Part shown: positions 1 to 9,610 of the stretch, one piece after another | Numbering within the stretch: the stretch's first letter is position 1 | How the letters are laid out: every line of letters starts with the position of its first letter | Origin: Octopus sinensis | Taxonomy: Eukaryota | NCBI RefSeq assembly: GCF_006345805.1 | Contig: NC_043002.1 | Coordinates: 63,922,001 to 63,986,000 of the forward strand | Direction: 5' to 3' | Length of the DNA stretch: 64,000 nucleotides | Notes under the pieces: generated by a model | Seen by the model: only the letters and a program-made list of their open reading frames with translations | Databases searched by the model: none | Told to the model about the DNA's origin: nothing | Translations under genes and position numbers: made by a program

Positions 1-55
1 ATGATATATGCGCGTGTCTGTACAGACATAAACAGACACATTCGCACATTTATAT

Positions 56-428
56 GGCTGTGTGGCAAGTAGGTTGCTTGGTAACCACATGGTTCCTGGT
101 TCAGTCCCACTACATGGCATCTTGGGAAAATATCATCTACTATAGACTCGGCCCGACCAAAGACGTGTGAGTGGATTCGGTAGACGGAAACTGAAAGAAG
201 CTCGTTATATATACATATGTGTGTTTGTGTGTGTTTCCCCCCGATATCACTTGACAACTGATGTCAGCGTGTCTACGTCCCAGTTACTCAGTGGGTCGGC
301 ATAACAGACCGATAGAATAAGTACTAGGGTTACAAAGAATAAGACCTGGGATCGATTTGTTCAACTAAAGGCGGTGCTCAAGCATGGGAACAATTGAATG
401 ACTGAAACAAAAGAATGAATAAAAGAAA
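56..428 (+). mobile_element. tRNA-derived SINE, family A (with internal microsatellite)
   Basis: A-box-like TGGCTGTGTGGCAAGTAGG and B-box-like GGTTCAGTCCC, then CTTGGGAAAA (CORE-like), an internal (TA)/(TG) tract, and 3' part ...GATAGAATAAGTACTAGG...CTAAAGGCGGTGCT...AAAAGAAT. Homologous copies occur elsewhere in the window. Confidence 0.9.
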
Positions 429-459
429 ATAGATAGATATAGATAGATAAAGAGATAGA

Positions 460-513
<54 letters not shown>

Positions 514-514
514 C

Positions 515-583
<69 letters not shown>

Positions 584-592
584 TATATATAT

Positions 593-624
<32 letters not shown>

Positions 625-650
625 ATATATATATAATATATATATGCATC
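429..650. repeat. (GATA)n/(TA)n microsatellite
   Basis: Direct inspection; source of the YIYI ORFs. Confidence 0.95.
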
Positions 651-1176
651 TATCTAGGTGTTGGAGTGGCTGTGTGGTAAGTAGGTTGCTTAGTTCCGGT
701 TACACAGAATGCAACACTAGTTGGTCTGGACTGTTACAGTGAGAAGATCTGAGTGTCGGCTCCGTGAATAGAAAAAAGAACAAAAAGTAATTTGTCAATT
801 ATTGCTTGTTATGGTGAGCAAAATACTGGGTTCTCGTCACTGTAACCGTTAATTGAGAATTTTGCTTGAAAATTCTTTTTCTAAATTCTAGTGGGCGTAT
901 CTCGCCAAAAAAAATACAATTTTTCCGAACTTCAAGAATAAGCCATTTGGATTACCTTTTTGGAGTATTATACAAAGGACTCGCTGTCTGTGCTATTTGT
1001 GAGGTTTTTCTTTTACTTTTCCCTTCTTCTATTTTTTCTTTGTTTCTAAATTTTGGTTCATTCTTTTCATTATTTTAATTTCAGTTTCCTTTCCTCCTCT
1101 TTTATTTTGTTTTATTTTATTCGGTTTAATTTTTTGGCAGACTCTCTTTTGAACTACTTTTGAACTGTTTTTTGAC

Positions 1177-1830
1177 ATGGCAGAGAAGGAACTTAAAAAG
1201 AAAAATTCTGTCTTACAGAGGAAAATTCACCCGCCTAAGCAGTGGTTAAATGATATGGAGGAGAAGACGATGGTGCTTAGAACTTATTCTAAAGTTCTTA
1301 ATTCTATCACCGTCTTCCCAAAACAAGTTATAAATAATGAACTTAAAGACTATTTGTCCGCTTTAAAATATATATCCCGTGGTGTCAAACATGCAACTGT
1401 ATTGTTGCTGTTTGACAACGAGGAAAAGGCTCGCCAGTTTGCGAGTCAGCCTTTAGAAGGCAAGGAAATTCTGTTCCTGCCGTCATATTGCGAGAGGAAA
1501 TTAATAAGAGCCTAGGTATGTGGGTTGCCCCAAGGCACCGAAGCAGATTGGATTGAGGATACCGTCCGACGGGGACTGGGGGATGGCGGGCCCAGGCTCT
1601 TAAATGTAAGGGTAGCCTCTTCAACTCAAAAAGGATTAAAAAGGAACCGAAGGCTTCGGGAGGCGGGGGAGAGTCTCCGGACAAAGCGGAAGAGCTACAC
1701 TCTCCCGAAATAAGGGAGAAAAGAAACAAAAAGGAGGAAGAAGAACGGGTCATCTGAACGGGAAGATGATGTGCTGTCTGCATGTCCCGAAGTTGTGCCA
1801 CGCACGGTGGAAGAAATCACCCCCAACCTT
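1177..1830 (+). pseudogene. Decayed ORF1/gag-like coding region of a probable non-LTR retroelement
   Basis: 112-aa ORF (MAEKELKK...CERKLIRA) continues in frame past a TAG into VCGLPQGTEADWIEDTVRRGLG..., then frameshifts toward a decayed Cys/His cluster (RVI*TGR*CAVCMSRSCATH). GC content is higher than the flanks and a T-rich leader precedes it. The family assignment is inference. Confidence 0.5.
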
Positions 1831-2351
1831 AAAGATGATCAATTAATTATTTTTTCTATAAAGGTGTGGAGGTGGAAATATAGTAGAAGAACATAAAGAG
1901 ACAGTAGATATGCCCTTCACACGGGATCCCGAATGGCCTCCGCAGATAGCTGTGGAGGTCATAAGGTTTCCCTTGTGAGAAAGGCTTAAAGAATTTGGGG
2001 AGGAGTGTCGCATATGGCCGGGTGGCCCTTACACGACTTGCATGTCCTACATGAGTGAGGCATAGGAAATGGCGGGATACAGGAACTCAAACGGCATTGA
2101 AGATAATGATGAATATATCGATGGATATATCGACGAGTAGAAGGTAAAAGACCCTCGTTATAGGGTTTGAAACCTCATATTGATTTTTTAAAAAAAGAAA
2201 ATATGTTTCCGAGAAAAATCCAATCAGCGGGTGTTGGGTTTCATCTGTCATTTATTCATTCTATTTCATTTTCCTTCATTAATGTCTTTGTCCAGCCCGC
2301 AAAGCTACACACTCTTTGTACTGTCTATGATGACAAATTTTATGAAATAAA

Positions 2352-2493
2352 GTAGCTTGCTTACGAATCATATGGTTCCAGGTTCAGTCCCACTGCCGTT
2401 CACCTTCGGCAAGTGTCTTCTACTGTAGCCCCGGTCCGACAAAATCCTTGTGAGTGGATTTGGTAGACGGAAAGTGAAAGAAGCGCGTGTACA

Positions 2494-2543
<50 letters not shown>

Positions 2544-2742
2544 AATATATGCATGTATGTGTGTGTATATGTTTGTTCCCCTAACATCGCTTGACAACCG
2601 ATGCCGGTGTATTTACTTCCCCGTCACTTAGTGGTTCAGCAAAAGAATCCGATAGGATAAGCACTAGGCTTACAAAGAATAAGTCCTAAAACCTGTGCTC
2701 CAGCATGGCCGCAGTCAAATGACACGAAACAAGTAAAAGAGT
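2352..2742 (+). mobile_element. SINE family A copy (slightly 5'-truncated)
   Basis: GTAGCTTGCTTAC...GGTTCAGTCCCACTG...internal (TA)n...CATCGCTTGACAACCGATG...CAGCATGGCCGCAGTCAAATGAC...AAGTAAAAGA. Confidence 0.9.
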
Positions 2743-4089
2743 GTATATATATATCCATCTTTCTATCTATCCCTTTATCCACATATTTTGTTATGTATTA
2801 TAACATACATTATGCATGTGAATGTTTTTTCTTCGTATGTATAGTGACATCTTTGCTAAGCAGCAGCTCGCTGATATTTTATTTCAGGCGCCTTAATACT
2901 GAATTTTTCAAAGATTTATGTCTATCCGACACACTGCGATAAAACACCATATATATCCATCCATACTTAAATATTTACAATCGTGCGCGCCCACATACAC
3001 TCCCGGCAATGTACACTCGTACATACACATATATTGATGTTAAAAAACACATACAAAAGTACATACATATATATATATATATGTTGTTTTAATAAAGTAG
3101 ATGGAATGTGTATTAGACTGTTATTATGTACAACACACACACACACACACACACATACATAGATGTATAGTTTCAATACATGTGTATTTTACATCTGCTC
3201 AATGTATGTATTAGAAGTTGACTATTCTATTGAAGACAATAACCTGGAAAATGAGGACTTCAGCCACATTTACGTCTCCAACACTCTATAGTCTTTCGAC
3301 GTTTGTATTTATTTATTAATTTATATAATGTTTATTTCCTGTTACTTTCCTTAATGGCGTTATTGATGTGCGAAAGAATTGTTAATTTAACTATTATCCT
3401 GCAGAAAGGTAATTTAAGAGAACAGCAGCTGTATATGCATATCCTGTGCCGATTTAGATTTGGTTCTTAATTCAAATAATCCATTATTCATATTATTCAC
3501 ATTATTTTGTTACTTCTGATAAGATGTTGGATTATCCGCATCATCATATCATTTATAAATTTGCAATTTGTCACATTCTGTGTTCAAATCCAGCTGCGTT
3601 TGAATTTGATTTCAACATTCTGGTGTCGATAAAAGTACCTGCCAAATATTGTTTCATTCTCTATTTGTACATGTCTTTTAAATCTTTAGCTTAGTGCATA
3701 ACATATTGTATATTGTGTGTGCATCAAGCATATTTTTCATCACTCTGTTTGTTTCGCTAAATTTGTCAATTATTAGAGTAGTGAGTAGGTTCTTGTCATT
3801 TTTTATTTTCTGCCTTGTTACAAAACGTACCGGATGTGTGCAATGAAGGCGTTTTTTCATCAATTCCTCTCTTCTGTAATGAATATAGCGTAGTGAATTA
3901 CTTATTTTTCAGATTTTGTTTGATATTATGTTCTGAAATACTAATGTGCCATTAAACAAAATCAAAAAAAGTGAAGAGTCATGGCAGAAAATACGAGAGT
4001 GGAGATGAAGAGAGAGGAGAGAGAAGAACGTATTATATAATGAAAAGAATGATTTTAAGCTATTGTTTTTCCGTGTCATGAACATACAG

Positions 4090-4265
4090 AATCTTCCCCA
4101 TTAAGAGAAAGAAAACCTATTAGATTTACTGAAAGGAACAAAAGCGAAACCTCGTATAAAGGAACCAGATGCAAAAAACATAACATCAGAAACTATATTT
4201 CTACTAATATTAGAACCACAATCTATATGTTAAGCTATCATGAACCAATGAATGACATTTTACAG
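4090..4265 (+). CDS. Candidate coding exon (unknown protein)
   Basis: CAG acceptor after a T-rich tract; open for 58 codons (SSPLRERKPIRF...YHEPMNDILQ); CAG|GTTAAT donor. No homology recognised. Confidence 0.2.
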
Positions 4266-4409
4266 GTTAATCTTTTTCAAAATCTATAATTCCGTCTATT
4301 GTCATCTTATATCAAACAAGGATCGCAGTATCAAACCAGGGGATGATACTGAGTCAATATCCAGGAATAATATAAGTGTTTTTGAGCGCTATTCTATAAA
4401 TTATTGATT

Positions 4410-4790
4410 TCAAATTAACTGTACGAGATCAATACGTTCGGGTCTGGGATTAAATCAACTGGTTCTTATTTTATCGATCCCTAGAAGATGAGAAACAAAG
4501 TCGGCCCAGGAAGAATTTGAACATACGGGAAAACGGACAAAACCATTATCCTGAGGGTGCTAACATTTCGGTAGGCACATCTCTATTTTCTTCTCTAAAA
4601 TATTGATTTCAAATTTTGGCAGTAGGAGGGTGGGGCTACGCTGATTTCATCGGCATCTACTGTTCAACTACTACTTATTTTGTCGACCCCGTAATGCTGA
4701 AACGTAAAGTAGATCTCAGAATTTAAAGACGTGCGAAATGCTTCTAAGCATATTATGCGGTGTGCTAACGATTGTACCAGCTCACTGTTC
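4410..4790 (-). mobile_element. Two decayed SINE family B copies in tandem
   Basis: Reverse complements of the family-B motifs (CGATAAAATAAG, GAGTTCAAAT, GAGCTGG.ACAATCGTTAGCAC) at about 4410-4560 and 4605-4790. Confidence 0.7.
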
Positions 4791-5626
4791 TTCTCTTTAA
4801 AATATTAAAAGATCATGATAGACGTCGTCGCACTACGTATGTTTCCTGTTACGCTTTGGTTACTGGCTTCATGATCTGACTGAAAAAAAAAATCTGCATA
4901 TTTTTCTCAAGTGGATGGAAGCTACATTCGTTCACAAATCATCCATCGAGCATTCTTTTTGGTTCTTGTACTTTCCTTTGCTAGTCAACATAATTACATG
5001 TCACGTTTATCCTTCACCATTCGTGGAAATATTCCTAAGTCAAAAAGATAAAATTCCTTTTGAAATACAGAGAGTATTTTTTTTACTTTTCTGACTGGAC
5101 GTTTGCTCTGATTGGTATTTCTTCATTGGCAATGATATGTTCGAGCATGTATGCGTGAAGATGAGTGGCCAAATTCGATCAATGTCTCATTTGCTGCTGC
5201 TTTCGCAAGGTAAGTCTCTAAAAGGTTTCTCAGATATGTAAATATCAACAGAAAAATAATATTTTCATTTACATCGCATGTCTCTTGCAGCAACTTATTC
5301 CTGCTTTTATTCTTTTGTTAGTTTGCTTGCTTTTTGTGCTGTTGTCAAAACTTATTTTTGATAGATATTTATTTTTTATCATTCATCGATACATTATTCT
5401 AAAAGTAAAGAAAATCGAAAAAAAATGTTGAAAATGTATGGTATTTGTGCCCAACCAACGTAGAGAATGAATAATAAAACAGCTAATCCGACTTTGCAAT
5501 GGTTCCATGCGAAGTGACACGAGAAAAAAACACAAAACTTTCGATATTCCAAATACTCAACATTTAATCGAAACACGGGAAGAATGGAAAAACTTGTTTT
5601 CCCTGGACAAGGATAAAGAAAACAAC

Positions 5627-5812
5627 GTAGAAGAAGAAGAAGAAGAAGAAGAAGAAGAAGAGGGAGAAGAAGAAGAAGAAGAAGAAGAAGAAGGAGAAGG
5701 AGAAGGAGTTGTAGTAGTAGTAGTAGTAGAAGAAGAAGACGAAGAAGTAGATGAAGAAAAAGAACAACAACAGCAAGTAAAATAGTGTTAATAGGAAAAT
5801 GATGATGATGAT
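5627..5812. repeat. Compound (GAA)n/(GTA)n/(CAA)n microsatellite
   Basis: Direct inspection; source of the poly-E ORF. Confidence 0.9.
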
Positions 5813-5889
5813 TCCTAAAGATTGTTCCAGCAAATAGGTGTAGCGAGACATTGTTGTGGTTGCAAAAGCAAAGCAGAAAAAGGAAACTG

Positions 5890-6450
5890 AAAGGTTGTTA
5901 ATAGCAGCACACGATCAAGCATTAAGGATGAATTGGATGAAAGCCAAGATAGACAAATTCAAATAGCTTTCCAATGTACACTATGCAAAGGAAAATAAAA
6001 CAAAAAGGGTCATATAGTAAGTGAAACTTAGCATGCTTGCACAGAAAGAATACAATAACAAACATGACAATGTAGGGAGGGCAAGCAACTGGGAGTTATT
6101 TAGAAAGCTAGGATTTGAACATACTAATAAACGGTATGAACATGAAACAAGTAAAATATTAGAAAGTAAGAAATATAAGATGTTGGACTTTAACATTCAG
6201 ATTGACTGAATGATAGAAGCAAGAATGCCTGATTTGGTAGTAATAGATCAAGAGAACAGGAAGTGCCAGATACTTACCTTTACAATCCCAATTGAGGAAA
6301 AATTCAATATGTGAGGTATAGAAATAGTAGCCAAGTATCAGGACCTAGCCATTGAATTACAGAGGCTATAGAAAGTGCAGGTAAAATGTATCCGAGTAGT
6401 TATAGGTACATTGGGAACTATCCCTAAATATCTGAACTAAGCTGTTCAGC
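5890..6450 (+). mobile_element. R4/Dong-type non-LTR retrotransposon 3' fragment (restriction-like endonuclease)
   Basis: Broken translation AAHDQALR...KHDNVGRASNWELFRKLGFEHTNKRYEHETSKILE...PDLVVID...KYQDLAIELQRL...VVIGTLGTIPK, carrying the PD-(D/E)xK-type RLE motif. Contains stops and frameshifts. Confidence 0.85.
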
Positions 6451-6590
6451 AAAAGAAACTCAGTATAAGTTCTACTCTTATAAAGAATAATCATGGGGTT
6501 CCTGTGTGTTCGACTAAAGGCGCAATCAAATGGCCAGCATGGCCGCAATCAAATGATTGAATCAAGTAAAAGAATACAAGAATAGAAGGT

Positions 6591-6844
6591 AACATCTCTA
6601 TACATATAAAAGCTTTGGCGGCAGGCAATCATACTTCCTGCAAAGTATATATTTTTCAATGAAATTTTTCAACAATAGTTTCGTAATGGTGTACATTGCG
6701 ATTACGCTGACGCAATTTAGAAAACATCTCTATACATATAAAAGCCTTGGCGGCGTGCAATCATACTTCATGCAAAGTATATATTTTTTTTCAATGATAG
6801 TTTCGTAATGGTGTATATTGCGATTACGCTGACGCAATTTAGAA
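6591..6844. repeat. Tandem duplication of about 130 bp
   Basis: 6591-6722 and 6723-6844 both begin AACATCTCTATACATATAAAAGC and end GCGATTACGCTGACGCAATTTAGAA. Confidence 0.95.
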
Positions 6845-6994
6845 ATATAATAACATATAGTTATTGCAAATATACCAATGAGAAACTGATTTTATACAAT
6901 TATATTTCAAGATAATTAATATTTCTTTCAGAGATGAGTAGAGATGTCATCGATCGGTATGATGCACAATGAAATTTAAAAGTTAGCTTACCTA

Positions 6995-7157
6995 AGCGTA
7001 GGAGCGGCGGTGTGGAAAGTAGCTTGCTTACCAACCACATGGATCCGGGTTCAGTCCCACTGCGTGGAACCTTAAGCAAGTGTCTTCTAATATAGCCTTG
7101 GGCCGATCAAAGCCTTGTGAGTGGATTTGGTAGACGGTCAGTGAAAGAACACCGTCG

Positions 7158-7231
<74 letters not shown>

Positions 7232-7253
7232 TATGTATGTATGTATATATATA

Positions 7254-7295
<42 letters not shown>

Positions 7296-7528
7296 CATAT
7301 ATGTATGTGTGTGTGTATGTGTCTGTGTTTGTCCCCCCAACATCGCTTGACAACCGATGCTGGTGTGTTTACGTCCCCGCAACTTAGTGGTTCGGCAAAA
7401 GAGGCTGATAGAATAAGTACTAGGCTTACAAAGAATAAGTCATGTGGTCGAGTTACTCGACTAAAGGCGGTGCTCCAGCATGGCTACAGTCAAATAACTG
7501 AAACAAGTAAAATAGTAAAATAGTAAAA
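6995..7528 (+). mobile_element. SINE family A, full-length copy
   Basis: AGCGTAGGAGCGGCGGTGTGGAAAGTAGCTTGC...GGGTTCAGTCCCACTGCG...about 170-bp (TA)(GA)(TG) insert...3' end GAAACAAGTAAAATAG. Confidence 0.92.
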
Positions 7529-7599
7529 GTAGCTTGCCTGTCTGCCATATTTCCTGATATTAGTCATGGTGCAAAGAGCTACAGCCATGGCATAGACAA

Positions 7600-8130
7600 C
7601 TACTGAACCAACGACTACGATGATGATGGTGGTGGTGATGATAGTAAACGGCAACCACGTCGATGATTTCGATGATGATGATGAGGAGGAGGATGACTGT
7701 GGTGGTGTCGGTTTTGATGATGATAAGAATGATGATGGTCATGGTGACGATGCTGATAAGCGCGACGGTAAGGAGAACGATGGAAATGCGTATGATGGTG
7801 ACAACAGTGACTTCGGCGACGATGATGATGATGACGGCCGTGTTGGTTGTAGTGATGGTCGTGGTGGGGGTGGTGGCGGCGGTTGTGCTAGAGATAATCC
7901 TGTCGAGGAAGAGGACGACGGCGACGTTTGAGGTCGTTAACGATGTAAGTGAGGATAATGAATACCATGAAGAACATGAAAAAGAAGACAAACACGAATG
8001 ATGACGAAGAGGTAGGCGATGCGATTGCTCATAATGGTGATGGTGGTGGCGGCCGTGGTGGTGGTGCTGGTGGTGGTGCTTGTGGTGATGGTGGTGGTAG
8101 ACATGCCGATGACATTTCAGTTTCGAAAAC
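7600..8130. repeat. Degenerate (GAT)n/(GGT)n trinucleotide low-complexity region
   Basis: Direct inspection; open in several frames on both strands, as expected for low-complexity sequence. Confidence 0.85.
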
Positions 8131-8394
8131 GTAGATGATAGCATTAACGTTGTTGCATCGCATTGAAGTGAATAGAAATGTTATTTAAGAGGCTGTCAAC
8201 ATAAAATTAAATATTTATTTCTGTGACATGAAGCAGTTCGTATGAAATGAAAGTCAAATTGATACGTTATGTGATGCTGTAGGTGACTTCCGTCAATGCA
8301 GTGGGATTGTATTCAGCAAATTAATAGCTGTGAAGCCTTGATAATGATAATGTTAGACATTACTTGAATGCAATTGAATATATTTCTTACGTAG

Positions 8395-8431
8395 CAAATC
8401 ATAAAATATATGAGAAGAAAACTGGAGAGGG
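8395..8431 (+). CDS. Candidate coding exon (QIIKYMRRKLER)
   Basis: TATTTCTTACGTAG acceptor and GGG|GTGAGT donor; phase-compatible with the 9438 candidate exon. Confidence 0.3.
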
Positions 8432-9437
8432 GTGAGTGAGATACCCTTAATATCTAGGTACCGTTTCGCCCATAGAGATAATAGATTGCAATGTGGATGT
8501 AAGGCGCATGGTTCAAGAATTGTTTAAGTCAATCTGTAATGGTATCTGTATGATTCTAGCTAAAGAAGCAAGAAATATATTCTATTTTGATGTATAATAC
8601 AGGATTACGTTGACACGTGCAATATCGTTGTGCTCCATTGTAAACAACGTAACTGAGGTTATGTGGGATTTAAGCTAACGAGGCAGATATGGAGAAAGAG
8701 GAAATATCTAATAAGACCAAGCAATCCATGTTCAGTGGAAACTTGAATTTGAAACGGACTATTAATGGCTATCATGTGTGTGTGTGAGAGAGAGAGAGAG
8801 AGTGAGAGAGAGAGAGTGAAAATATCATGTATCCACCTAGTTAGCACCTACGCATTTTCTCGACACTTTCGGAGTAATAGCTACATATATATACGGCTAG
8901 AATTGGTTCAGGTAGGCCTAGGTCTAATATGCGACAGAAAATAGATCGGGTTTATATATGACTAAGTATGTTTTGGCATTAAAAACCATCATATATAGGG
9001 GAAAAATCAATGTAAGTATTCTTATATGCCATGAAGCAAAGCTAACTGTCCAAGGCTGGCTGACATTCCAGAAACGTGAAATTTGATATTACTACATGGT
9101 ACATCATTATGATGGTACCTGATACTATCCCCGCTCTAATTCTTACAATTAATACATTCAATAATTTTATATCAAGCCTGAAACCATAATTGTACTAAAA
9201 TACCGGTAAAACGGTACTTTATCATTCTGAAATGGTTTGGAATTTGGTACAATTATGAATGCATTGTGTATAACATATATGAGATATCAACATAACAGAA
9301 GAAGCATGTTGAAACTGTGAATGCATATGAGTAGGAGACAACATTACATGGAAACAAAATATAAAAGACAGATGTATAAACAAAAGAAAATGTAAAAACT
9401 ATTGTATAATGTATTTCTTTATTGCGTTGGTGTTCAG

Positions 9438-9610
9438 ATGTATTGATAGGATTAATTTATGGGCTTCTATTGTCTTACTCTCTGAAACTAAAAAAAAATG
9501 TTTTCAATTGCAATGAAGAAGAATGCTCTGAAGCGAAAAATCACATCGTATTGCATTTAGATAAGATGACTAAATTGCCAGCAGATGGGAAGTTTTCAAG
9601 TGGAGTACAG
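9438..9610 (+). CDS. Candidate coding exon with a transmembrane segment (DVLIGLIYGLLLSYSLKLKK...KFSSGVQ)
   Basis: TTTCTTTATTGCGTTGGTGTTCAG acceptor, 173-nt open frame, CAG|GTGATA donor. A hydrophobic stretch is followed by basic residues and a Cys/Glu-rich stem. No family can be confirmed. Confidence 0.4.

Noticed and set aside
365-680. YIYI/HTHT/VCVC-type ORFs here and throughout the window
   Set aside because: Translations of (TA)n, (CA)n and (TG)n microsatellites, which lack stops in several frames.
5507-5851. Glu-rich 92-aa ORF and its antisense Phe/Tyr-rich ORF
   Set aside because: Produced by a compound (GAA)n/(GTA)n microsatellite.
7560-8144. His-rich, Asp-rich and Met/Val-rich ORFs (up to 194 aa)
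   Set aside because: Degenerate GAT/GGT repeats open in multiple frames on both strands; no splice or domain evidence.
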